From the NCBI GenBank assembly GCA_964016885.1, contig OZ024763.1:16492001-16556000 (forward strand): a stretch of 64,000 bases of DNA, written 5' to 3'. Made by a program: the position numbers and the translations under genes. The notes beneath the pieces are model-generated. The model worked only from the letters and a program-made list of their open reading frames with translations. It was not told where the DNA came from and searched no databases. Shown in pieces: positions 35,571 to 45,987 of the stretch (position 1 is the first letter of the stretch; the number at the start of each line of letters is the position of its first letter). This stretch comes from Eledone cirrhosa. Taxonomy: Eukaryota.

Positions 35571-36339
35571 TATATATATATATATATGTATGTATGTTCT
35601 TCTGGTTTTATAAATTCACAAAGTTTTACCACTAGAGAGAGAGAGTCGGTTTCTAACATAGACACAAGACTCTCTCATTGGAATTTACACAACATCAACT
35701 AGGTAGATATGTATGTATGTATGCATGCATGTGTAGATATGGATGTTATTGTATGTGTGGATGTGGATGTTTTGAGTTGTATGTGTGCATATGTATATGC
35801 TTTGTATCTGTACATGTGTATATGCAGTTATTAGATGCAAAATTTGTTTATGTATGTATGTATGTATGTATGTATGTATAATTATGAAATGAAGCTTATC
35901 AAATAGAATGGATTCAGCTTCGATCATTTTCTCACTCAATAATTTAATTAGAGTGTCCACTTATATATTAACCAGTGAGGAAAATGACATCATGTGGGTA
36001 GGAATTCGGAGTTTCCCTGACTAGTGCACCAGTTTCTATGTTTCTGATCTGCTGGCTGTGGTCTGAATGGAACCACCATGTGCAGAATTTAGGTAATTTT
36101 AATGTACATTATGTAAGCTGGCAGGAATCACGTCCTCAGCAGGAAATTGCTTCTCCAGAATGGAAAGGCCCGTTTGGTCAGCTAGCACAACACGCTAATG
36201 GACACAAGGGAGTATAGTAGTATTCCTTAACTTTCAGTGATAGGTGACGTCACATCAAAGAGGAGGTAAGCCAGGCCTGACCATTTACAGGGAACAAACA
36301 TTTATATGTGCTTACATATTTATGTGCATACCCACACAG

Positions 36340-36372
<33 letters not shown>

Positions 36373-36573
36373 CATATACACTTGCATATATATACATACA
36401 TCCATACACATATGTGCGTTTTAGTTAGCTAAAGCATCACTTTTATAGAGATAGAAGGATAAACAATGCAAAATGAACTGTAAGATGAAGGTAACGAAAA
36501 TGTAAGTTACCTGGTAATCTTTGATTTTATATATATATATATATATACACAGACATATATATGTATATGTCTG

Positions 36574-36628
<55 letters not shown>

Positions 36629-37095
36629 TTAAATGTATAGGAAAAACAAACGACTAGGCGTGAAGTATAGATTAGAAGTGAAGAATTTTAATCAAAGTTC
36701 ATTCTTTAACACATGTTTCAATACAATATCAGTCTACAAGTAGTGGTTGCATATTAATATCATTATTATGCAAAGACTATGTTGAGAAAATTACTTTGGT
36801 AAGCAATCTAATTTTTGTTTGTACACTGATCTACAAAAACAAATTTAGCCATACATATCTTCATATATATATATATATAAATATATATATATATACATAT
36901 ATATAGAAAAGATGAATATAAAATTAAAGTGCTTTCATAAAGGAATTTATTAGGTATTGACATATGTTTCTGTAACAGACGGAATACTTATATATAATTT
37001 ATACTCGTTGAGCAAACCTACACGTACGCTGTTCACCTCTAACGTGACGATATATTATCACTACATTATTGATAACTTGAAATATACTATATAAT

Positions 37096-37440
37096 GGAGG
37101 CATATGGCTTAGTGGTTAGAGCATTGGTCTTGCAATCGAAAGGTTGTGAGTTCAATTCTCAGACTGGGTGATGTGTTGTTTCCTTGAGCAAGACACTTTA
37201 TTTCACATTGCTCCAGTTTACTCAGCTGTAGAAATGAGATGATAGTGACTGGGGTCCCTATCATTCCACTGCAAAGTGGTCGTGGAGGTGCCACGGCAAA
37301 AAAAGCACCCAGCACTCACTGTAAATGAGGTTGGTGTTAGGAAGGGCATCCAGCTGTAGAAATTAAGCCAGTATCATTTCCCGTCCCACCCTTGCAAGCA
37401 GGGAAAACGCGGACGTAAAATGAAATGAAATGAATGAAAT
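37096..37440 (+). mobile_element. Full-length tRNA-derived SINE with RTE-derived 3' tail
   Basis: A box tggcttagtgg, B box gagttcaattc, CORE-like 'tccttgagcaagacactttatttcac', 'ggaagggcatccagctgtagaaa', (tgaaa)n tail. Confidence 0.9.
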
Positions 37441-37597
37441 ACATATATATATATATATCATATATATATATATATATATATATGAAGATATGTATGGATA
37501 TATATATATTTATTAAAATAACAGATTAAAGTTTAAGCAAAGAATCACTGCTTTCACCCTTAACGGGATCTTCTAAAACTATTATTTGTATAAAAGT

Positions 37598-37639
<42 letters not shown>

Positions 37640-37645
37640 CATATG

Positions 37646-38244
37646 AAGTGTTTCCGTAGGGAAAGTAAAGGAAAAGAGAGTGCTCTATGTAGGCTACAGA
37701 GCTTTTTAGTTATTTAATAAACAACATAAGATAGGAGGAGGTTATAGTTCACTTGAAGCATTGTGTAATGAGGTATAAACGTTTGTATATGTATAATAAA
37801 GTCAAAACAATACAGGTATGGACATAGAATAAAGAATGCAAATGCAAAAGATATTGTTGACAATTAGTCTTTTACCATAGATTTAATTAAATGTCCTAAA
37901 TTTTCGAGATAATATCTCTTCTTCGGAGGGAAGTAAAGCGGTTAAACCATACCTGCATTGTTTTGGCTTTATTAAACATAAGATAATTATTTAATTTACC
38001 AAAGGTTTCACAAAGACAAACAAGCCTGACACAGATGTCTAACATCGCTCGTCAGAATGAAATTTTATTTAAAATGGTATGAGATATGGATTTCAAAACA
38101 AAGTCTAGATTTTGTTTTGAAACATCCATTTCAAATAAATTTTGATTCTGACGACCGATGTCAGACGTCTGTGTTAGGCTTGCCTGTCTTCGTGAAACCT
38201 TTGGTAAATGGAATAATTATCTTATGTTGTTTATTACATAACTA
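37646..38244 (-). mobile_element. Fold-back pLTR element with hammerhead core, left arm interrupted by a second pLTR
   Basis: 37708-37733 plus 37975-~38075 is the inverse of ~38125-38244. Core CUGACGA...GAAA-CCUUUGG-UA is present in both arms. Tail 37646-37707. Confidence 0.75.
37734..37974 (-). mobile_element. Second copy of the 26242 pLTR family, with tail and short inverted piece; 11-bp TSD
   Basis: Diverged homolog of 26441-26646. 37947-37980 is the inverse of ~37788-37821. 'aacataagata' is duplicated at 37723-37733 and 37975-37985. Confidence 0.8.
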
Positions 38245-38257
38245 TATATATATATAT

Positions 38258-38400
38258 CATCATCATCATTTCATTTTACGTCCGCTTTTTCCCTGCTTGC
38301 AAGGGTGGGACGGGAACTGATTCTGACTGAGTCTGAGAATTGAACTCACAACCTTTCGATCGCAAGGCCAATACTCTAACCACTAAGCCATGTGCCTCCA
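38258..38400 (-). mobile_element. Internally deleted SINE (37097 family)
   Basis: Head and tail of the family joined at ~38330. Confidence 0.85.
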
Positions 38401-38519
38401 TATATATATACAAATTTTAACGATAAATTATGTTCTGTGCTTAATGTTCATTGAGCTCTCTTTGTTGAGAAACATAATCAATATATATTTTATATGTATA
38501 GATTTAATCTAATTATAAT

Positions 38520-38830
38520 GTGTAAATGTGGTTGATGTGAGGAAGGGCATCCAGCCATAGAAAACCTGCCAGAAACAGTTCTGTATGAGCGAGACATGCT
38601 CTCCTAACCAATCTTGCCTCAAGTGGGACCAAACCGTCCAACCTATGCTAGATGGACGTTAAACGATGATGATGATGATGATGACGACGACGACGTATTT
38701 AGTGAAAGCTTGTGTGGCTGTGTGGTTAGAGAATTGTATTCGCAATCGTGAGGTTGTGAGTTCGATTCCCGGGCCAGGCAGTGTCCTTGGGCAAGACACT
38801 TTATTTCACGTTGCTCCTTCTACCTGGAGT
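38520..38830 (+). mobile_element. RTE 3' tail (38520-38695) followed by a tRNA-SINE head (38705-38830)
   Basis: ggaagggcatccagcc...ggacgttaaac(gat)n, then tggctgtgtgg...gagttcgattcc...tccttgggcaagacacttta. Confidence 0.75.
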
Positions 38831-38925
38831 TGCGACCAATAGATAGTATTAGCAATTGGAAAGACCAACGGAAACATTGTTTCCTTGGTCCGACTTGACG
38901 AAAGTCAATCGACATTCGATATATA

Positions 38926-39240
38926 TCATCATCATCATCATCATCATTTTACATCCACTTTTCCCTGCTTGCAAGGGTGGGACGGGAACTGATTCTGGCT
39001 TGAATTCTACAGCTGGATGCCCTTCTTAACACCAACCTCATTTACAGTGAGTGCTGGGTGCTTTTTTGCCGTGGCGCCTGCACGACCACTTTGCAGTGGA
39101 ATGATAGGGACCCCAGTCCCTATCATCTCATTTCTACAGCTGAGTAAACTGGAGCAATGTGAAATAAAGTGTCTTGCTCAAGGAAACAACACATTTCAAT
39201 TGCAAGGCCAATACTCTAACCACTAAGCCATGCGCCTTCA
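38926..39240 (-). mobile_element. tRNA-SINE (37097 family), small internal deletion
   Basis: Reverse complement of 37096-37435 lacking the B-box segment. Confidence 0.9.
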
Positions 39241-39627
39241 TATATATATATATGTATCTGTGTGTGTGTCTGTATATATATATATATATATGTATGTGTG
39301 TATATGTATGTCTGTCTGTCTGTCTTATCTATTTTAAAATAATAATTATACCCCCCCCCCCCAATATAATCTACATTCTCCCATTTCTAAGTGAGGTCCT
39401 CACATATACGATAATACATGATCTTCTGGGGTACCTTCATTGGAATACTACCTTGAATTTCTTTATTATATTTAGTAATGAGGCCCACCTTAACCCTTTA
39501 ATGTACCAACCGGCCAAAACCAGACAGAATTCTCTACCTCTTTCTGTTGAAACTGGCTGTAACTGGTTGCTCAAACTGGTGTTAAAGTATTATTCTCAAA
39601 ATAAATACTTTCAAAATCTCATAGATT

Positions 39628-40549
39628 CGATATTATGTGAGATATTATGTGTAAAGCCTTTACCATGAAAATATAATGGTATATATAGAGTAATGTGAAT
39701 GTTATGTGAGATATTATATGAGGTAAAGCCTTTACCATGAAAATATAATAGTATATATAGAGTAATGTGAATGTTATGTGAGATATTATATGAGGTAAAG
39801 CCTTTACCATGAAAATACAATAGTATATATAGAGTAATGTGAATGTTATGTGAGATATTATGTGAGGTAAAGTCTTTACCATGAAAATACAATAGTATAT
39901 ATAGAGTAATGTAAATGTTATGTGAGATATTATATGAGGTAAAGCCTTTACCATGAAAATACAATAGTATATATAGAGTAATGTAAATGTTATGAGATAT
40001 TATGTGAGGTAAAGCCTTTACCATGAAAATATAATAGTATATATAGAGTAATGTGAATGTTATGTGAGATATTATGTGAGGTAAAGCCTTTACCATGAAA
40101 ATATAATAGTATATATAGAGTAATGTGAATGTTATGTGAGATATCATGTGAGGTAAAGCCTTTACCATGAAAATATAATAGTATATATAGAGTAATGTGA
40201 ATGTTATGTGAGATATTATGTGAGGTAAAGCCTTTACCATGAAAATATAATAGTATATATAGAGTAATGTAAATGTTATGAGATATTATGTGAGGTAAAG
40301 CCTTTACCATGAAAATATAATAGTATATATAGAGTAATGTGAATGTTTTGTGAGATATTATGTGAGGTAAAGCCTTTACCATGAAAATATAATAGTATAT
40401 ATAGAGTAATGTGAATGTTATGTGAGATATTATGTGAGGTAAAGCCTTTACCATGAAAATATAATAGTATATATAGAGTAATGTAAATGTTATGAGATAT
40501 TATATGAGATAAAGCCTTTACCATGAAAATACAATAGTATATATAGAGT
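39628..40549. repeat. 72-bp AT-rich minisatellite (~13 units), resuming at 46199-46273 after the Tx1 insertion
   Basis: Unit gaggtaaagcctttaccatgaaaatataatagtatatatagagtaatgtgaatgttatgtgagatattatgt, with 70-bp variants. Confidence 0.95.
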
Positions 40550-40785
40550 GGTTTCTTTATTTGCCACTAGGGCACAAAAGGTAGGGACAGATACAAGGGG
40601 GGAAGTTTACATATAATTAACGAGTACAAAAATATAACAATGAAATAACAACAACAAACGAAGTCCTCAATAGGGAGGGGGCATTAACATGGGTCGCACA
40701 CACCCCGGAAAAATGTGTAACCCTTCTCCTCAGGAGCACAAAGAGTAGGTGCTTCCCTCGTCTCCTCTTTTTCCTCTTCTTTCAC

Positions 40786-43700
40786 CTACAGGCTGATATA
40801 GAGAGAAGACCCATTCACTCTGGCCATTCTCCCTACTTTCACCCACCTTTCATAAAACTTGCTGGGGTAGAGCACCTCTCTCTCCATTCTGATCCTTCTT
40901 TTAAAATGGTATTTGAAAAAGGGGACCAGTTGTTGGCCGGAGAGAAAGGTGTCTGACCTCAGCCCTTTCAGCCTCGTCCACCATACAACTTCTTTAGCCA
41001 TGGCTACCACACAGAGAAAAACCGCCTCTCCTTCGTTTTTGAAAGGGGGAGGCGGTTTGATCGTGACAATGGACTCGGTGGTCAACCGGATTGGTCCCAC
41101 CCTCGACAGTAGTCGTTCCACATAGCCCCACAGGTCAGCAATGCCTGGGCAGTGTACGAATGCGTGCGCAACGGTTTCGTCATCATGCACGCATCTCGGA
41201 CAGATCTTATTCAAAGGATCTCTACCCAGGCTCCCATGCCTGTGGAGCTTGTCTCGAACGGGTAGAGCCCCTCGGTAGCACTGCCAAGCCAGGGACTTTT
41301 GGAAGTTGTCCATCGGTCCAGGGCCAAACGTCCTACCGAACAGACTGGCCAGTTCATCTTCCTCCATGCCTAGGGCTTCTCCGAGAGCATCGTCGCACCT
41401 GCTGCGTACCAACCCTCTATAGAATGTCGACGTGGAGTCTCCACTGATTGCCGGGTCCGCTTTCCAGAGAGCCGTGAGCGCCTGGGCACATTCAATGTGC
41501 CAGTCGCCCACTTTTCTCGGTCTTTGCTTGACCCAGGATTGCAGCTCGGTGAGCGAGACGAGTCTGGGAAAGGCTCGCCTCACAAACGGGGCCCACACCG
41601 GTTGACCGGTGAGGAATACCTGGAGGTGCCGTAGCCTTAATGCGTGTTTACGCATCTGTAGCCACGGCATCCCCAGCCCTCCTTTCGAAGGGTGTTGACA
41701 GCAGATGGATCTCCTCACCAAAGGGGTCCGCTTGTTCCAAAGAAATTGGAACAGCGCGCACTCCATTTTGGCGAGTCTTTTCACTGGGCAAGGCACGACG
41801 GTCAAGCGGTAGTAGATGACGGATGCTATATAAGTATTCGCCACCTCCGCTCGACCTTTCAGGGATAGTTTGCACTGGGCCCACTTCTGGGTGAGTGCAA
41901 ACACCCTGGCCGTTACCTCGTTCCAGTTTTTCTCCACCTGGAGGTCTGGTCCGAACCAGACCCCAAGCAGCTTCACCGGGCCCTCCGTCCAGCGTCCGAC
42001 GACGTCGTTGGAGGGCATCGGTTTGCCTCTCCATGTTCCGAGTTGCAAACCGACGGATTTGTCCCGGTTCAGCTTGGCTCCTGTAAACCTTTCATATTCC
42101 TCCAGTAAGGTGCCGATCTCACCGATTTGCGAGGTTTTCGACACCATTACTGTCACGTCATCGGCGTAGGCCGACGCCGCTTTCTGCAATCCCGGTTCCA
42201 AAGGGATGCCCTGCAACCGCTCCAACTTCCGCAGTAGTGGCTCAAGAGCCAGCACATACAGTAGGGAGGAGAGAGGGCATCCCTGTCGGATGGATCGCAT
42301 GATTTGGAACGGCTCCGAGAGGTGGCCGTTCACCTTGACCCTTGAGCAGACGTTGCTGCTGTGCATCGCAGCAATCCAACCCCTGAAAACGGGTCCGAAG
42401 CCTGCCGCCGCGAGCACCGCATCCAGGTAACGATGGTCAACCCTATCGAAAGCTTTAGATTGATCCAAGTTGATCAGGGCCCCACCAAAGCCGGGTTCAT
42501 TCCCTACCCTCTCTATGATGTATCGCATAAGGTGGAGATTGTCGTGAATGGACCTGGACGGGATTGCGCATGTCTGCGCTTCTCCCACCAGGTTTCCAAC
42601 GACAAGCGCCAACCTCTTCGCTAACACCTTGGCCAAAATCTTTAACTCTGTATTTAGCAGAGTTATGGGCCTGAAGTTACTTATGTCATCCCCCTTGTTT
42701 TCATCCTTCCTCACCAGCGTAACTACGCCCTTGGTCACAGAACTGGGAATTCTCCCGTTCTGCTGCCAGTTGCAGTAGACCGCTTCGAGGATATCGGAGA
42801 ACAAGTCCGGCATCGCTACATATAGCTCGTATGGTAGACCATCGAGACCCGGGGATTTGCGTTTGCCGCATTGGCTCAGCGCCGCCCCTATCTCAGCAGC
42901 TGAAATCGTCCTTTCGCAGGACTTCGCCTCCGCGTCCGAGAGGCGCGGCAGACCGTCGAGGTATGGATTGAAATCCATAGTCTCACCCGGCGCGCCGCCC
43001 CTCTCGAACAGTCGTGCAAAGTGCCGCTGAAAGGCCGCACACATCTGCCCAGGTTCAAGGATCACACGCCCATCCTGGTCCTTCAAAGACCGAATCGTGG
43101 ACTTGTTCCCACTTTTTGCCTCTGTCACTCGGGCCCAGCTTACAGCTTTGGCTCCCTCATTACCCAGAGCACGTATTTTACTCCTGACAACGCAGCCTTC
43201 ATGCTTCACCTCAAAGAACTGGTCTAAGGCCATTCTTGATGCCAGCACGCCGGCTACATTGCCACTCCTAATCGCCTCTTCTACTCTATCTACTAATTCC
43301 CTTTCCGTCTTGTTCCTATCCCTTGCTAATTCCTGACTAAAACCTATCGATTCTATTCTAATTGCTCTCTTAAGAGAGCTCCACCACCTGTTGTTGACAA
43401 TTGCCCCTGTCAAACTCTGCTTAACTAACGTGCTAATCCGTTTACTGTAAGCTTTGCTTCTCGGTAAGGACAAGTTCAGCTTCCAGTAACCGGGTCCCTG
43501 TCTATGGGTTCTATCAAGGTTGGCTATGCAGGTCACTAACTTGTGATCCGAATAGTCAACCATGAACATTTTTGGACAGCTAAATGTGTCCCTATCGTTC
43601 TCTCTAACTAGGACCCTATCTAGGTACGACCTAGATGTTCCACTGCGATTGGTCCACGTCCATAGTGGTACAGTCGGAAAATCTAGTCGATATCTATCGG

Positions 43701-44223
43701 CCAGGTCAAATCGGCCGATTAACCTTTTGAGGCTTTTACACCCCCCTCTATTGGCACATGCCCCTACATAGTCCCAACGTGCATCCAGGATACCATTCCA
43801 GTCCCCCACTAAAAGCAAGGAGCGGGACGTTCCCAGAAAAGTTTCCAGACGTTGGAAGTATTCCGGCCGCGCTGCCCAAAAAGGGGCGTACACAGCTATT
43901 AGTCTAAGGGCTCCACTTTCACTACTGCCGACGTCTAAAACCACCAGTCGACCCTCCGGGTCCAGGTGCACCTTCTGTATGGCGAGGCCCAGGTGTTTTC
44001 GCAGCAGAACGACAACTCCACCCCCACCCCCCGGTTGACAGAGAGATGCGAAGATCTCAAAGTCGTCGAAGAGGGGCGCTAGTTGGTGCTCGCTGCTGAT
44101 CCTGGACTCGCAAATAGCCATTACATCCATTCTATGCGACCTGAGATCGTTTAAAAGTTTGCCTTGTTTCCAAGACAGTCCCAGGCCACGTACATTCAGA
44201 CACCCAACTCTTATATCAGCCAT
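40786..44223 (-). CDS. Tx1/L1 ORF2: APE endonuclease + reverse transcriptase + C-terminal CCHC finger (1145 aa)
   Basis: LNVRG, ICESR, VYAP, GDWN, YLDR, SDH; KSPGLDG, NFRPITLLN, LDQSKAFDRV, RQGCPLS, YADD; CPRC..ET..H.F.HC. Confidence 0.97.
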   Translation of the reverse strand: MADIRVGCLNVRGLGLSWKQGKLLNDLRSHRMDVMAICESRISSEHQLAPLFDDFEIFASLCQPGGGGGVVVLLRKHLGLAIQKVHLDPEGRLVVLDVGSSESGALRLIAVYAPFWAARPEYFQRLETFLGTSRSLLLVGDWNGILDARWDYVGACANRGGCKSLKRLIGRFDLADRYRLDFPTVPLWTWTNRSGTSRSYLDRVLVRENDRDTFSCPKMFMVDYSDHKLVTCIANLDRTHRQGPGYWKLNLSLPRSKAYSKRISTLVKQSLTGAIVNNRWWSSLKRAIRIESIGFSQELARDRNKTERELVDRVEEAIRSGNVAGVLASRMALDQFFEVKHEGCVVRSKIRALGNEGAKAVSWARVTEAKSGNKSTIRSLKDQDGRVILEPGQMCAAFQRHFARLFERGGAPGETMDFNPYLDGLPRLSDAEAKSCERTISAAEIGAALSQCGKRKSPGLDGLPYELYVAMPDLFSDILEAVYCNWQQNGRIPSSVTKGVVTLVRKDENKGDDISNFRPITLLNTELKILAKVLAKRLALVVGNLVGEAQTCAIPSRSIHDNLHLMRYIIERVGNEPGFGGALINLDQSKAFDRVDHRYLDAVLAAAGFGPVFRGWIAAMHSSNVCSRVKVNGHLSEPFQIMRSIRQGCPLSSLLYVLALEPLLRKLERLQGIPLEPGLQKAASAYADDVTVMVSKTSQIGEIGTLLEEYERFTGAKLNRDKSVGLQLGTWRGKPMPSNDVVGRWTEGPVKLLGVWFGPDLQVEKNWNEVTARVFALTQKWAQCKLSLKGRAEVANTYIASVIYYRLTVVPCPVKRLAKMECALFQFLWNKRTPLVRRSICCQHPSKGGLGMPWLQMRKHALRLRHLQVFLTGQPVWAPFVRRAFPRLVSLTELQSWVKQRPRKVGDWHIECAQALTALWKADPAISGDSTSTFYRGLVRSRCDDALGEALGMEEDELASLFGRTFGPGPMDNFQKSLAWQCYRGALPVRDKLHRHGSLGRDPLNKICPRCVHDDETVAHAFVHCPGIADLWGYVERLLSRVGPIRLTTESIVTIKPPPPFKNEGEAVFLCVVAMAKEVVWWTRLKGLRSDTFLSGQQLVPFFKYHFKRRIRMEREVLYPSKFYERWVKVGRMARVNGSSLYISL

Positions 44224-44244
44224 GTTGGTTAAAAGAGGAAGGAC

Positions 44245-45987
44245 CTACCTGTTCGGCTCCTGAGGAGCAGGTTGCACAATATCCATGGGCGTATTGGAGG
44301 GGTTGTTTGGTGGGGTGTTGTTCTGTGGTGGAGTGGGGGTGTTTGGTGAGGTGTGGGTGGGGAAACGTTTCAAGAGGACGCGGTTATAGGGTCGAGTACA
44401 TGTTTTCCCCACGTCCTCAGGAAAGTTCTCTCTTAGTTTTGCATAGGTGTCCATTGGGAGTCTTATCATTTTTAAATGCGGTTTGTTGGCCGCGCTTGCA
44501 AAGAATTGTCCTTCAGTTTCCACCAAAGGGTCTTTGTGTATTGTTTTTACTAGTTCTTTGTTATTTGTGTTAATGTATGTATACTGTTTTATTTGTGTTG
44601 TGTTTGTTTGTTGTTCTTGTGTGTGCTTACGTTTTGTTGTATGTGTTATGTTTTGGGGTGGGGCGGATTTTGTTTGTTCTGTTTGTTTTGTTTTTGTTGG
44701 TGGTTGTGTGTTTGTTTCGTTTATGTTCGAGTGGTGCTTTCTTTTTTTCCTTTTTACAGGTTGGAAGGGTTCCCCCTCTTCGTCACTAGGTGCCGTTTCC
44801 GCTGGGTCCTCGTCCGTGCTGTCGGGTAGTGGTGTATTTTGGGGTTTTGTTGTATTTGTGTGTGTTTTGGGAGTTGTTTTGGGTGGGGTCGTGTCTTGTG
44901 TTATTTTTCCCTGTTGTTTTTGTTGTTGTGGTGGTGGTGGTGGTGGAGGTGGTGGTGGTGGTGGTGGTGGCGGTGGTGGTGTGTGGGGTGTAGGCAAAAG
45001 AGCCTTTTTTTTTGTCAATTGAGGACAAGCAGCCCTTAGATGACCCCTGCTTGAACAGTAGTAACATATGGGCCTCCTACCCTCGGCTGAAATATATATA
45101 AATGTTTCTCCATCGAGGGACACCCTCTGTGGTATTCTAGCGATTCGTTCTGGTCTCATTTGGACCAGAACCTCCACGCTCAAACCGCCGAAAACGTCTG
45201 TGGTGACTTCTCCTACTGAGAGGATTCCGTCCTCGTCTTCTAAAAACCCTGTTAGTACCCAGGAAATGCATGCATTTGGCCGGATTCCGGAGACCCTTAT
45301 CTTCTGCGTTCTTTTCCCTAAATATGTGGGGAAAAATGTATGTAGCTTGGAAACAATTGGTGCCACAGAGTATTTCCTGGCCGTCAATTGATCCTTCATT
45401 AGGACCGTTATATTCCCATAGAGTGGCCCTTTTTGTATGAACGATATATCACTCCACACATTTTTTAGGACCAGCTCAATCTCTTTTTGGGATAATTGAG
45501 TTGGTTTCCTTGTTATGTTGGAAATTGTTCTGAAAGATATCGTTCTTAGCGTCGTGTCTCTTTTGATTTCTTGTGGGGAGGTGATTGTGAAGTCTCCTCC
45601 TTCTTTGAAAGTTACATACTGTTTCGCTTCCTTCATCTTTTCTCTCAGAGTTGTAATGTCCAGTTGCTTGCAGGTTTGTGTTTTCCGGACCGCCTGTGCA
45701 AAGGAGGTACCAGTAGTGGGTTCGCTTTGTTTGGTGTTATCGTTATTTTTTCCTTGGTTGGTGTTGTGACTATTGCTGTTATTGTCGTTGTTGTTTTTGT
45801 CTGCGTTTATGTGACTTTCTGGGTTTTCACCCATTTTTACAAATTTTTCTTTTAATTCCGTGTTCCATGTTTCTTTTGCAGAAGTCAGGAGGGAAGACTT
45901 AGAGCCTTGTGCTTCTAGCTTCTCTGTATCACCTTTCTTAGGGGGCGTGGCTTTCACGTTAGGATGAGATGTGAAAATTCCGTCCAT
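44245..45987 (-). CDS. Tx1/L1 ORF1, gag-like with zinc knuckle (580 aa from first ATG)
   Basis: CYYCSSRGHLRAAC (CCHC), Pro/Thr/Lys-rich C-terminal half with FQPVKRKKRK. First in-frame ATG at 45987. Confidence 0.9.
   Translation of the reverse strand: MDGIFTSHPNVKATPPKKGDTEKLEAQGSKSSLLTSAKETWNTELKEKFVKMGENPESHINADKNNNDNNSNSHNTNQGKNNDNTKQSEPTTGTSFAQAVRKTQTCKQLDITTLREKMKEAKQYVTFKEGGDFTITSPQEIKRDTTLRTISFRTISNITRKPTQLSQKEIELVLKNVWSDISFIQKGPLYGNITVLMKDQLTARKYSVAPIVSKLHTFFPTYLGKRTQKIRVSGIRPNACISWVLTGFLEDEDGILSVGEVTTDVFGGLSVEVLVQMRPERIARIPQRVSLDGETFIYISAEGRRPICYYCSSRGHLRAACPQLTKKKALLPTPHTPPPPPPPPPPPPPPPPPQQQKQQGKITQDTTPPKTTPKTHTNTTKPQNTPLPDSTDEDPAETAPSDEEGEPFQPVKRKKRKHHSNINETNTQPPTKTKQTEQTKSAPPQNITHTTKRKHTQEQQTNTTQIKQYTYINTNNKELVKTIHKDPLVETEGQFFASAANKPHLKMIRLPMDTYAKLRENFPEDVGKTCTRPYNRVLLKRFPTHTSPNTPTPPQNNTPPNNPSNTPMDIVQPAPQEPNR

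Noticed and set aside
35880-36300. Unique-looking, higher-complexity island as a host exon
   Set aside because: No convincing ORF or splice-site pair was recognised; cannot be classified without a search.
37096-37170. tRNA gene
   Set aside because: The A/B boxes belong to a multi-copy SINE head that runs on into CORE-like and RTE-tail sequence.
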